The notes under the pieces: generated by a model
What the model was told of the DNA's origin: nothing
The model's database searches: none
Seen by the model: the letters and a program-made list of their open reading frames with translations, nothing else
Made by a program: the position numbers and the translations under genes
Shown: piece after piece, positions 49,252 through 63,125 of the stretch
Layout: each line of letters opens with the position of its first letter
How positions within the stretch are numbered: position 1 is the stretch's first letter
Source: Cercozoa sp. M6MM
Taxonomy: Eukaryota > Protista > Endomyxa: Ascetosporea
Assembly: GCA_040357565.1 (NCBI GenBank)
Contig: JBDODJ010000018.1
DNA: 64,000 nucleotides
Reading direction: 5' to 3' (one strand)

Positions 49252-51568
49252 TTACCGTTCGCGTCGCGCCCGAACACGAAGGAGCTGCCGGGTGGCCACA
49301 AAAGCCAACGTCGGCAGCGCGAGCCAGGTCAACGCTTGTGTCAGCGCACGCACTGGACATCGATGCTGTGCTTTCTTGTGAGGGCTGCTCAAGTCAGTGC
49401 TGGGACTGCCGCCGCTGTTGGCACGCAGGTTGCGTCGAGCGATGGCACGGGCACCCAGGAGACCCACCTTTGTTAAAACACAAGAGTTCATAGAAACATA
49501 GTCGAGGGCACAATAAGGCAAGGCTACATGTTCGTTGATGACGAGGTAGAGCGGAAATTGTTTCAACCACGGCGACACGCGACCCTTGGAGCACACTGCC
49601 CAGGACACGGAGATTACCAAGGCATCAAGAAGTGCACACGAAGGAGATACCCTTGTCATGGAAGGCGGCACCGCCCTTGTGGAGCAAGAGTGGCGCCAGC
49701 TTCGGTGCGATACCACCGGCCACATAGATACCACTCGCACTCCTACTTGAGAGCACATTATAGTGATTGACAGTTGGCTAAACTAGGAAAGCGGGTAGAG
49801 TACCAGGTGGAGATAGCGTAGTCGCCCACAGCGTTGGCGTAGCAGTCTACCCACTCTAGGTACAGACAAAAGACACCCCCGACAGTTGAAAAGAAAAAAA
49901 CGCACCAAGCCAAAACCGGAGTGCGCGCAAGCACCTGTTGTCATGACCTTCCTTGAACTAAGGACACGAGACATACCATATCCCTGCCGGAAAGACAGCC
50001 GCTTACAGCAGCGAGTCCTAGTCGCGAGATGGCGGCAGGTCGTGACTCGACTGCCGTCTGCGCGATCTCTTCATCCTCAGCATCGGCAGCACCCTCCTTC
50101 TGCAGAAACCAAGACACGTGCCTAGGTGGGAACCCTTCCGTGCATACCAGGGGCTGTGCACCTACCTGCAGGAAGAACTCATAGACGCGCAGAATTCCGC
50201 TGCCAGAAACGACGCGTTCCACCGAGACGCGATCAAGCGAGTCTCTCTGCAGGTACACCGAACCAGACACCCTACCGGTTTGAGCAAAAAGATTTCAGCG
50301 ACTCTACCTTTCGGATGAACTCGCGCAACTCGAATTCGGCGCGTTTGCGCGGCGCAAAATTCTGTCGTATCCAAGTAGCGCGATGGCTTAACACAAGAGG
50401 TATTTAAATTGAGATACGGCATGGCCGCCTTCGGTGCCGTGTGCAACGTAGTGGTCGCCATTGTGAGTGGCGTACACCTAGATATCATGAGAAGGTAGCT
50501 GTGTCTACAGGTGGGAGCATTCACAACCGTACCATGCCAAGACCAGTGCCGGCACCGACCTGTAGTCCAGGGATACAGAGAGGTAGAAGAGAAGGGCAGA
50601 CGACTGTACACAGGCGATAGGCGAGTGACGGTCTTCGATAGAGACGTCATCGTCCTCAAGGTCACTCGCGTTGCCGCTCTCACCGTCGCCATTGAAATCA
50701 CTGCACTGACTGTCACTGCTGCTTCCCTGTGCAACAAATGTGACAGCGCACGCAACACACACACACACACATGTACACACAGACACACAGACACACAGAC
50801 ACACAGACACACAGACACACANNNNNNNNNNACACACAGACACACAGACACACAGACACACAGACACACAGACACACAGACACACAGACACACACAGACA
50901 CACACAGACACACACACACACAGACACACACACACACAGTCCAGCAGTGGTACACTGAGACGAATGACGTCACTGCGCGCGAGTTCTGGTAGACCATACC
51001 CCACAGCCACGAAGTCGTTCACAATGGTCTGATTGCACACGTGCGTACATGCGCAAATACACACATCAGTACACAAAAACTTGGGCACCACAGTCTGTCT
51101 CGGCAGCCCAAGTGACTCGGCGAGCACGTCGGCACTGCAGTGCCAGCTCTAACACATGTAGAGTACAAACAACACATGTACATGGTGTGCAGATCCAAGT
51201 GTATATTACGACATTGGTAAGTCGCACTTCACCCTTCTCGACCGGCCCAGCGATGGCGAGACAAACGGCACCCAATCGCACATTCTTCTTCAACGATAAC
51301 AAACAAGGTACCATCGCCACAGATACACCGGAGGAACCAACGCACCACCCCCGACTGTTGCAAGAACAACATGATCAATGGCGCCAAACCCGAGTGCTCT
51401 TGAGTCTTGAATACGTGCTCATGCAGCGCCTGGGGCACACAAAGTAAAAATGCCGCGATTGGTCGCACGCGACACGGGATCGTCCCTCACCTCATCGCGA
51501 CCATCGCGAAACAACTGCAGACGGCAATTTGTGCCGCCCACATCGCCTACTAGATAGTACTGCCGCAT
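49252..51568 (-). CDS. glk: Bacterial-type (Glk family) glucokinase with hydrophobic C-terminal tail
   Basis: LVGDVGGTNCRLQL, CLAIAGPV, LTNV, VNDFVAVGYGL, GAGTGLG, TEGGH, VSVERVVSGSGI, KGRVSPWL, VGLLGA. Confidence 0.92.
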
Positions 51569-51965
51569 CTTCGTACACCAAAATGTCTACCTATCGACTG
51601 TACGACCTTGGCTTCACTAACTTGAACAAATAAAAAATGGTACTGTTCAAGAATTGCATAAATGATAAAAGTGTCAGACTGTAGCAGCATTAGATAGTTC
51701 GTTGGATTGTGCACCCTCTCTTTGGATTTCTTTCAACTTATATGAAAGAATGTAGCACAACCATCACCCCCCTTGTCAGTTGTTGTTGGGCTCACCACGG
51801 AAATATAGAGCCAGAATGAGTCGGAAAACAGCCGTTCTGGCCACGCTCACACTCGCCACACGTGCTCATACTGTGTTTAGGTGCGTGTTTGTTAGTTATA
51901 GTGCACAGTGTGTCTATTGGTCGTGTAAGCCTGTTTTTTCTTGTGACTTAGATCAGGTCTGAAGA

Positions 51966-54143
51966 ATGGAGCACGTTGAGAAGCTCGAGTCGCAGCTCTG
52001 GCAGCTGCTGGGCGATGTGCAGACGCGCTGCGCTGAGCAAGTGCCGGCACTGGCCGATGATGTACCCCTGAGACGATATATTTCTGCCGTCAGTGTCTGA
52101 TCGTGTCTTTGATCGTGTGTATGATCCTTGTTGGAGCAGAAAGTGTTTCTGGCCACTCTCCTCGGCGGTGCGCTTCTGATTGTGCTGCTTGGCAAAGCCA
52201 TGTTTAGCAAGAAGGTAGTCAGCTCATTGCGGCGGATGCCTTTGCCTTGATATCCCTGGTGTGTTCAGTACAACCGTGCTCCACGCTTCAACTACTTCCT
52301 TCGTGCACTTTCGGGCGAGTTCGACATGAAGAACGAGGGTGCTTTTTCTGTTTTAAAGTGCACATGTTTGTGTGTGCGTCTGCTTACTCTGTCTATACAG
52401 GCCCGCTCAAGCTACTGCGCAAGGGTGTTGAGGAGTGCGGCGAGATTTTCCACATGAAGGTGCCAGCACACCATGTCTTACGTTTGCATACGCCTGAAGT
52501 CTGTTTCTCGCAGGTCGCGCACAAGAACCTTACTGTTCTTATGGGTCCCGAGGCCACCAAGGTCATGTTCGAGAGCAAGGACCACGAAATCGGTCAGAAG
52601 GAGGTATGTGCTCTAAGCTCCGCTTGTGTTTGTGTACCTGCGTGTGCTCGTGTTAGGTGTACGATTTCACGATTCCCGTGTTCGGCAAGAACGTCGTCTA
52701 CGACTCGCCCGTCGAGGTACCCATGGTTGTTTTGTGTCCCGATGTGTGTTCCTCTATCTTGTGTACAATGCTTGTATGTATGTTCACCAGGTGATGGCGC
52801 AGCAACTGAAGTTTGTGTCGACGGCGCTCAAGAAGCGAAATGCTCTGCGCAACGCTGTTCCCAAGGCCGCTGGTACAAATTACACACACACATACACACA
52901 CACACACGCGCACACACGAGCACGTATTATCTACTGTGTTGACAGGCGAGGCTTTCAAGCACGTTGCCGCTGTATTTTTTGCCCTTTCACCTGCCCATAT
53001 ATATATATATATATATATGTGTGTGGGTGTGTGTATTTGTGGGTGTGTGTCAAAATGTAGATGTACAAGGAGGAAGGAGAAATCAACATTCACGAAATGT
53101 GCTCTGTGCTGACGCTCAACTCGGCTGCGCGTGTATCATATGTCCTAACCCATATCCGTTCGTTCCACCTTTACCCCCCCCCCGGTGCAGGTGCTGCTGG
53201 GTGACACGTGTCGCGAGTCGTTGCGACACGAATTCGGCTCGCTGTACCAGGTAAGCAGAACAGTGTAGTGCTCAGTGCCACGTAATACGTGTGCACCTAT
53301 GCGAAGGATTTGTCGGACGGCATGTCGCACTTGTCCTACTTCCTGCCGTACCTGCCCACCAAGGTGTGCTTCTTTTAAAGACGCAATGTTTGTACTCTCA
53401 TACACTATTATGTGTAGGCGCATCGACAGCGCGATGCTGCTCGCAAGAGAATCGGCGAGGTCTTCAAGGTACGTTTACTATTTTTGAGTTGTTTCCTCGA
53501 TCGCACCTTTAGCACTCTATCTATCCAGAATGTGATCAAGATGCGCAAGGCGTCGGGCGTGTCTGAGGACGGCTTCCTTGTACTCTGCTCTGTGCTTCCC
53601 CATTCCCTTTCTGTTGCGCATAATTTCGGTGGCGCCAGGATGTGCTGCTTGATGCTCGCTACCGCGACGGTCGCAAGCTCAACGGTGTCTTGGCTTTCGC
53701 TTCCTGTTTGTTCTACCGTTGTAACCTTGTTATCTCCCTTCTTAGACGACGAGATCTGCGGTCTCACGGTGGCCGCTCTCTTTGGCGGTCAGCACACCTC
53801 GGCCATCACGTACACATTAAGTCTATGTTATGCTCTGTCAGACCTTGGATTCCGAGTCCTTGTCTCAGCACGACGTGGCTGGCCATGCTGACATCCATGC
53901 CGCAGTACCGGTACGTGGCCGACAAGATTCGCGAAGAGTTTGAGGAGGCACTGCAGAAGACCGACTACGTGCTTAACTGGGTGTGTTGACCTTGACATGT
54001 CCGACCCCCGTGGGGATGTATGCTCCTGTGCTCCTGGCTGTAGGAGACAGTGGAGCTCATGCCGTTCGCGCACGCGTGCGTTAAGGAGACGCTGCGCATG
54101 TTCCCGCCGCTCATCTCGCTGCTGCGGTGTGCTGGCATAGGGC

Positions 54144-54182
<39 letters not shown>

Positions 54183-54904
54183 ATATTTGGCCATGTATGT
54201 ATATATGACATGTAAGGTGTGCAGATACGCCCGAGCTGACCTCAAGTGCGGCAAGTACGACATCCCCAAGGGTACGTGATAGATCCCTTGTGTGTTGCCC
54301 ATGGGTATGGGCACGCTCGTATCACACAGGCGACATTGTGGTGACGTCGCCGTCGGTGCTGCACCACCTGCCGCAGTACTACGAGGACCCGGAAGTGTTC
54401 AAGCCTGAGCGCTTCTTGCACGAGGACGTCTCGGTCGAGAACCAGCACGGTAGTTTTCCTTCTTTGTCTTTTGGCCCATTGTGATATATGCATGTGTTGT
54501 GGCGATGCAGGCTCGTCCTTTAACGATACCAAACACCTCTACATTCCGTTCGGCTCGGGCCGACACTGTACGCTCTCACATTGTGTTTTTGTTGTCGTTT
54601 CCTTATGTGAGTATACTTGCGTCTTTTGACCTACCGTAGCCTGCATGGGCGAGCGCTACGGCATCTTGCAGATCAAGATCGTGTTCGCTATCATGCTGCG
54701 TGAGCTCGACTTTGAACTCGTGAATCCCGACTTTGATCCCAAGGTCGATTACTCCGCCATTGTGGCTGGTACCTTTCTCCGCACCTACATGCCTCTCCTC
54801 CTCCTCTTTAGTGCAAACTCTCGTGCACAGGCCCGCCGCACGAAGACTGCATGCTGCGCTACAAGCGTCGCCACCCGTCGCCCGAGATCAGCATTGAGAT
54901 CTAA
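51966..54904 (+). CDS. CYP51: Sterol 14-alpha-demethylase, 21 introns by my count
   Basis: VYDFTIPVFGKNVVYD, AALFGGQHTS, KETLRMFPP, FKPERF, heme motif YIPFGSGRHSCMGE. Confidence 0.95.
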
Positions 54905-55316
54905 CTAAACGTTAACTCCTCCGTCCATGCATGTCGCGTGCTTACGATTTAAAGGGCCGTAGTACGTATAGCCAGGCGCCGCCCCGGCGTGGTACTAAAT
55001 AGTCCAATATTTGATCGGATGAGGCCAAACAACTACCACACTGAGGCTATAAGGTTAAGTTTAGATACGGGTGGTAGATGGCCGTGCAATTTCGACCCAC
55101 CCTAGACTGGTGCAGGGGAATTGACGTAGCTGTTGATTCTGTACAGACTCAACTAACTAACTACTGAAGCTTATAAGGTCTGCAATGCCTGTCTTACAGA
55201 TTTTTTGTCCTCTCGACAGTCGCTTCCGGTGAGTCGACACTCGTCGCTCGCGTCGTCGCGTCTGTCGGTTCTTTCAATGCACATGATTGGCTTGTTTCTC
55301 ACTCGAGCTAGTCGGA

Positions 55317-56730
55317 TCAATCGGAGAGAGGCGCGCTTTGCGGACGAAGTGGACGCGCGAGCTGCGAGGATGACGTAACAGAGACGAGCTTGCCGCCAAT
55401 GTGCACGGCCTCGATGACGCTGCCGTTAACTGAGCGTGCAACGGCTGCGGTCATGATGTCGCCTGCCACAGCGAGTGCTGCTGGGTGATGTTGATGCAGT
55501 AATTGCGTTTGGAGGAGTTGTAGCTGCTGAGACTTGCTCGACCTGGGCGAGTCAGTCTTGTCGACTGCACGTGCTTGGTGAAGCGCATCTGATGCTTGAT
55601 TAGGGGCATGTTCAGCATTTGCTTCGTGTGCGACACTTCCATGTCGATCGACATGCAAGCACGCGTACACGAGTGTCAACAGTGTACATAGCACACTCAG
55701 CGGTGTCCACGCCGTTGTATATGCGAGAATGACTGCCGCCAAATGTAGCAGCGACGTGGCGAGCCACACCAGTGACAGCAGCCACCAACCTGCAGCCATG
55801 CGCTGCCGAAGCGCTTTGTTGACCGTACTGAGAGTTAGGTACATAAGATGTGCCAAGGTTTGGTGTGCGTCACAGCAAATATACCGAAACCGCAGGAGAA
55901 CAGACATGTGCCGTCCGATCACGCAGACATGAAACGATGCTCCCAGACACTCGGCGACTGCATTTAGTGCCCTTTTCAAAATTCGTCAACCACAAAAAAA
56001 TTTCAGCAGTTGGCCAAGTCCCTTGAGTTTCACAGCAAACTGAAACTATGTGCGACGAGGGCATGTTACATAGAGACCGACCAACCTAACGCAGGCACAA
56101 TTGAGTGTGTACTCCATTGCACGAGTCGCAGTAGCAGGCATGGCACAAACAGCAGCAGCAACAGTACGCGCGCTGCACACAGTATTAAAATGCGGATTAA
56201 CCTGGTAGTACATAAGTTTGTATTTCCATACACTCAGTTATTTTATTACCATGCTGCGGATGACTGCGCGGTCGCATTGTCTTCACAGGCGCACATTCGC
56301 GCTGCACGATTGCTTGAGCCTATATCACAATTCATCGGAAATCTCTGGGCCCAAGGGAGTCGGTCAATGTCAAACTGATAATTAGTTACCTGCACTTGAG
56401 CGGTCAGCACCTGCGCAAAAAGTCGGAATGTTATGAATTAGGGCCTTGGAAGCCAAGTTTACCAAACACAAGCCAACATCTTGCAGCAGCATAAACACAG
56501 TTGAACCCGCTTGCTCCATTCTCAGGAAAAAGACCGCGGCATAGCAGAGGGAGGCAAGAGCTGACAAACGCCAGGTTTCTGCCACTGCGACATACCTTGA
56601 CGAATTCAAGGCTGGCCGCACGAGGCTAACTCACACCAATACATCCAGTATTGATAAAATTCACTATCAGTTGATACAGGAGTGCCCCGGCACAAACAAG
56701 CGACGTTGACAAGCCTAGGAGCGAAGCCAT
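55317..56730 (-). CDS. Hypothetical multi-pass membrane protein
   Basis: Several hydrophobic segments (e.g. WWLLSLVWLATSLLHLAAVILAY, LSVLCTLLTLVYACL) across exons; family not recognised. Confidence 0.45.
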
Positions 56731-57337
56731 CTACTCCAGTGCTACGACTAGAAGGTTCTTCAGGGAATCAATATGAGGGTGAAATAATGACGTGCTGGTG
56801 ACGTGCCAGATGTCGTAAATCGTGTGGCACCAGGCTCAGGGCAAGTCACGCTAAGATTGTTGCTTGTGAATCTCCTGTAGTCGCTTGAGTTATTTATAAA
56901 TTAGCGCGGTGGCTTAGTCCTACGAAAAACGAAATACCTTTATACATCTTTTGCTCTACCCCATACACCCTACCATTTACCCTCTTGATGCAACTGCTAA
57001 TAATTCATCAACTGGAAGACGCACTCTTTCGGAGACGCCTTTGCGATGTCTCGCCGAGAAACAACGACGAAAAACTGCCGATCGTGTGGCTGGCTGCTGC
57101 AGAGTAAATTGAATGCAGTTTAAACTTATATCTTATCCGTTTAATATACTCTTACTTGGTGTCCACAGGCTGGTCGCGGCGCAGGTGGAAGGCGCAAGAG
57201 CACAGCAGCTTCGGCTGGTATCAAGTTCGTTGTCGACTCACTTTGACTAATCTCCGGGAAGAGCGGAAGCGACGGACGTCTCTTCCCGCTGCGGCACAGG
57301 TACCGTCTGCCCCGTTCTTGTTCTTGATTTTGATGGT

Positions 57338-57450
<113 letters not shown>

Positions 57451-57550
57451 NNNNNNNNNNNNNNNNNNNNNNNNNNNNNNNNNNNNNNNNNNNNNNNNNN
57501 NNNNNNNNNNNNNNNNNNNNNNNNNNNNNNNNNNNNNNNNNNNNNNNNNN

Positions 57551-57597
<47 letters not shown>

Positions 57598-57769
57598 GTC
57601 AGCATGAGATCTGGTTGAAATCTGAATAGATTTTCCGTTGTGTCGTCAATGTCTTGCTTAAACTGGGGCATTTCGAATGCATTCATGTAAATATTTTCAA
57701 GCTTTTCTTCGTTCTACTTTTTGGCGATTCACTGGTGTTTGCCTACCCGGCTGTGATTGTGAATTGACA

Positions 57770-60700
57770 CTAAACTGAACGCTCTTTGTCATTTAAATCG
57801 CCAGAAGTGCTTCGCTCCTCGTATTTTCGTCCAGTTTCGGCGCTCTCGTCACGGTCCTCATCCGAAAGCTCGGCGGATGGTGTGAAGGCGCGTCTCAGGG
57901 CCCTCAACGGCGATGGACGCTCACCAGCAGCACCAACGCGTCTAATTCGCTGAAGCGCAGCCTGTGCGAAGCCTCCGAGATTTCTTCGGTCATCATCAAG
58001 AGAGCGTTGTGATGGCAAAGGTGCCGGTTCCTCGTGGCCCGCCAGTCGAGGCGCCGGAGATGCCGCAAGAAGAGCATGCACTCTCTCAGGGTCAAGGTTT
58101 CCCACTGACAACGAGCCGCGGGTATGTTGAGGCTTTTCCCGTAGCGCTGCAGTTGTATTAAACCAACTCAATGACACAACCTTTATAGGTTTTTAGATCG
58201 CAGTTTTTGATTGTACCTGTAGCAGCTTGCTGGGTAACTTCGAGACGGTCCAGTTGCACCTGCATCTTTTCCAGAATTCTTGTCAAGTCGTGCAGTTGGT
58301 TTCCTGCTCTCGATAACCTCGAACTGTGTTGGCTTACGCGATACATAAGTTTATAATCTCTTGTTAAAGTTACGCATTGTCTGAGTTCCTTCGGGTGGCG
58401 GAGCTCCATTGCCTAGCGGCTCTTCAGATGATGAGTGCGAGTCTCTTCGGCGTTCCATCTTTTTCTGTCTCGATTCTCGAACCTTTGAAAAAAAAACACA
58501 CACTTTTAAGCATATTGTTAGCGATTAGCCGATGAAAGACCGAACACTACAAAAAAAAACGTACTTGTTTTAAGATCTTGTGTCGTAGCGTTTCCCATCT
58601 GCCGGACGGTGACTCGCGATGACTCCAAATAAAAGCATCGAGGCCTTTCGCCAACAAGCTAAGTCCAAAAACAATGCGTCTGGACACAAGAGACATGAGA
58701 AGGCAATTTCTGTATCGAGCTTACGACCTCCTTTTTTTCGTAATGTCGGTTATCTTCTCATATCTTTCGCGAGCAACCTGGTTGAGGTGCGCAGATTTAA
58801 AACCCTCTATCTCTTGTATTTATGACAAAGAACAGTCAATTTACTTTGGCGATTTCTCGGGACACGCTTTTGTGATGAACGAGAATTTTCCTGATACCAC
58901 ACCCATAAGGAAACAACGATCCAGACTTATTATTCATTGCTGTACCATAGTTCCTTGACTGGTATCTCGTAAATCTATGGCAGGAAAGGTGGAATTTAGA
59001 CATAATAACTTATGCTCAAGAAAGCAGCCGTGAGAACTGTTTTGGCGAACTTACAAGGACGTTGCTCGCGCATTTCACACTAAATGTAAGTTAATAAATT
59101 AACACATAATTTGCACTACAATTCAGAGCACGTGACGGTATTTCTCAGTAAATACATCAAAGGATATGAGTATAAATTTTAACTTGTGCTTCATGGATGC
59201 AAAAACTGCAGGCAAAAATACTGGTGCCCCGATACAGCAGGGTAGGAAAAATACCTGTGAGTCCACGTTTGAGTAACGAACATGCCGATCAAGCCCAAAA
59301 CGTCTCCCTCGGGCAATGTCAGGTACACTAATTTGCCGTCCTTACTGGAGACGATCTCAACAATCCCCGTGTGTATGATTCCGACTGTAGACGCAGGGTC
59401 ACCTTTTCGGTACAGAAACTCGCCTAAATATACAGTACCCAGGGATCGGTAATACAAATTCAGCCGTTGTATGCTCAAACTTTTAATTGTACCATGACTC
59501 GCCATCTTTGGTGCCACCTTTGACAGCCATTCTCCGACAAATGCCCTGTGCACGGAGAAGTGCTTGAGGAAATGAGATCGTTCGATGAGTTCTTCGTGGA
59601 TTTTCAGGGATATCTCGTAGCAGAGCGCTCGCTGTATGAACGAACCCAATTTTACTTCTCGTAATTTGAAGGGGGGGGGCACTTTAAAGGCTCTTACCGG
59701 AAGGTCATCAAGGATTTCTCGTATGTCGACATGTTTACCAGGAGACTTCCAGAGCAACTGCATCTCCTTAATTACTCGATGCTGCAGGTCCACCGGAATG
59801 CTATTTACACACCTGGATCACGAAAAGTGTCAGCAAAAGGCAAAATTTAAACCGACCCGTGTCTTCGCATGAATACGAGGAGTGCTGACATTCTTTCGCT
59901 GCGCATTTGATGCAACAGGAAGTCACCGACTAATTTATCCAATATCCTGAACAAATCCGGATACCGAAACAGATTCGCTCGCCGATCTCCGGCCTGGACA
60001 ACGGATGAGAGGGTACCGGCGATGAACGAAAACGTCGTGGCACCGATCAGAAGCATTGGTATAGAGAACCATAATTCTGTGTCACGCAAAAGCAAAGCAA
60101 CAAAGTCTGCGTATGAATGAATGTTGAGTGGAGCAAGTGTAACTACCTTCGTACGTCATTGGCGTAATATCACCGTATCCAACAGTCGCCAACGTCGTGA
60201 TACTCCAATACAGAGACACGGTGTATCGGTATAAGATGGCTGTTTCCTCGAATTCCATGTCCATCCCCTCGAAGGTCCGTGCAATCCACGACTCAGGTTT
60301 CAAGGTTCCGTCGTCGTATCTCGATAGGTCTCCCAGAAAATACCTGCAGATTAGAGCAGAATATATCAGGTACTCGTTGACGAAGTCTGGAGTAATACCA
60401 AAGGCAAGCAGAGAAGTGCCCAAAAGTCAATATAATCTGTCAACACACCAGTGCGACAGGGACGTAGCACGGTAGCCAAGTACAATATTGTCCAAAGTAA
60501 ACCTGAATTTACAACAAAAAGACGTGTAAGCCGCAAAAAACCTTGATGTATGCGAGGACTGATCATAGACAAGACGGCTTCAAGTAACTCACGACATAGC
60601 ACAACAAAACTGACCTATACTCAATTGCCTCAAAGAATTTTTTGAAGCGATACGCACGAAGCAGTTTGAACAAGCGCATTAAACGCACGATTTTTAACAA

Positions 60701-61970
60701 GCGTGGTACACGCAGGACTTGCTTCAGATCTGCAATCCCTCCTTCAACCTGCACGTGACAACATTCCCAGTCGAACAGCATTCAGTTTTCGAAAAGACCG
60801 GGGATGAAAAGGTATCCAACTGATACTTACAAATAGTTGGAATGGGAAAGTCGCCAGTACGTCGAGTACAAACCATCCTTTGACATATCGTTTTGCGATG
60901 AGTTTTGGTTGAGTGACTAGAACCCCTTCGCTTGTTTCGTACGCCGACACGAACGAAACAAGGATGTCAGTAAAGAAGAGGCAATCAACGACCCATTCTA
61001 GCACTTTCATCGTCTTCCCCATTTCAAATGCGAAGTTGAGCGGTAGAACGACGACAGTGTAGATCAACATTAAAATTACGGCAACTGCACAAGGTAAAGG
61101 AATACCCGGGCAGGGATAGAGAAGGGCGCATGATACCTTCCCAGTACTTTCGAAACGCTGAACCTGGCCTGCGTTTGCGATTGTATTCATCGGCTCAGGA
61201 AAAGGCAGCGTAGTTTACATAATGATGAAGCATGCAGGTGATGGCTGTTTCATTATCTCCTCGCCAGCTGTTTCGAGGTCGTAAAATGAAGCCTCGGAAC
61301 TCCTCTCACTTTCAGATTCCTCAACAGGATCCTTGAATTCTCTTCCAACGAACACCCTACAGAAGGAACTAGAACATTTATTGGCAGCCTTTCAACAGTG
61401 CAAAAAGAATTCGAAGGAACTGACTCAGTTTCCATAGGACGACGATGCCGGAGTTTTTGGGATATTATGAGGTCTGTATATTTTCATGCTCGTCAACTTT
61501 AAAGCATGGTAATGCACTGTACCCGAATTGCGAACACTGTGTTCGACTGTGCAAGGTTTTTCCAACTCAGAAAAATGATCAGAAAAGCCACTCAACTCTG
61601 AAGTGTGAACACTGCTTGGGCTTTTTCCCGACCTGCTCTCCGACCTACTGCTCATTTCAAATGCAACAGATCGGCGTTGCCTGTTTTTCTTCCTTGCAGT
61701 TGGCCTGTCGCCTGCAACTGGAACCCTCACCACGTCTGCGCAAAGCGCTTTCACAGACGGCGGAATACGTATCAAACGAAAGTAAAACGAAGGTAAATTG
61801 ACTACCCGCACTGGACTGACCTCCAGAAACAGTCATTGTGGGATTGCTCCTTTCGTACACTCGTCAAGATTAAAGTTGGCGAGCTCTGGTGCGTCACCAA
61901 ATGACTTAAAGACTTCCGCGCGGACTCGTTGCGGGAGAACTGAGATTGAATGTTGTACCCCCGACCCTGG
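57770..61970 (-). CDS. Voltage-gated K+ channel with cyclic-nucleotide-binding domain (KCNH/AKT/CNGK-like); ends approximate
   Basis: S1-S3 (IAKRYVKGWFVLDVLATFPF), Arg-rich S4 (LRVPRLLKIVRLMRLFKLLR), pore SLYWSITTLATVGYGDITP, CNBD GEFLYRKGD...IHTGIVEI...LPEGDVLG. Confidence 0.9.
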
Positions 61971-62268
61971 GAACAAAAAAAAAACGACTGGATTTTTAAC
62001 CTCAAAGCGACAGCGTCATATGCAGACAAGTGCTTAAAATTAGTATGATGCTTAGTTCTGCAATAATTTGCAGTCCTTTCTTGGCAGCCTGCACCGGCTC
62101 GGGCAGAATCGACGAGCCGATCGGAAAGAAAGACAAGCAATCCATACGCTACGATCTGCGAGTGTTTCTGATTGTGCGTTAGTGTTGTGGATCTCCCGCG
62201 ATCTGCTTGCTTATTGGCCTCAGGTGCACGAATCACTGGAGACGCATTTGAAAAACGCAAGCACAAAA

Positions 62269-62808
62269 ATGGCGTCGGCCTTCGCTGCTCGAGCCTATGA
62301 CAAATGGCAAAAGTTCTCCAACGTGGCGCATAAGGTTGCGGTGCTCGGAATGGCAGCCTACTGCTGCGTCGGTATCTGTACGTTCGGCTTTACTTGCCAT
62401 TTCCCAGCACACGTGTGCATACTTTCCTGTTTGCGCAGACCGGTTGGGCAAGCTTGTTTTCGACAAGGGCATTGAGCACTACGAGTTCTTGCAGGAGTTC
62501 AACAAGCAGGTCGAAGAGCGCATGAGGGTAACGGGCGAGACAAAGATTGAAGCCGAGGTACCGAGTTGATGCATTGTCCTTATGTCTGTGTGTCTACCTG
62601 TGATCTGTGTGTCTACCTGTGATTCGTGTGTCTCCAGATGTCGCTTCGCGAGGAGATGTTCCTCACAGGCGCGCAAAAGGTTCCAAACATCAAGAAGACC
62701 CTCGAAGCTATCGAGCAGGAGAAGGATCGCCAGCAAGTGCTTAACGCCGACGATGTGCTCCGCGATATCGAACTGCTCGAAGCCACCACCGATGCGCAAC
62801 CGCAGTGA
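62269..62808 (+). CDS. Small single-TM protein, possibly COX14-like
   Basis: Clean two-intron model. WQKFSNVAHKVAVLGMAAY resembles the Cox14 'DxxHRxxVLxL' pattern; the family call is weak. Confidence 0.45.
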
Positions 62809-63125
62809 GTTCGGTGGACAGAGGGAGTCCGTCGAATCAACGACGAGATTTAGTTTCAGTTTTTACTTTGTGCCAAATTTACGGCGCCGGGGTCGCCTTT
62901 TGTTCCCTGCGCTGAGCGTGACATAGAAGAGAAGGGACAGTTTCACGGTTGAAAGAAAAAAATAAGAAAACTGAAGCACAGCCGTGGCCACTCACTTCCC
63001 GCACATTAGTATTCACCCACGTCTAGTTAGGTTGTGCAGCGCAGTAGGCTTTCGTGGAAGAACATTGGCGTGTGAGGAGCTTGGAGTCTAGGGCGGTCAG
63101 GTGGGCGCCCCCGTTCCCCAGCTGG

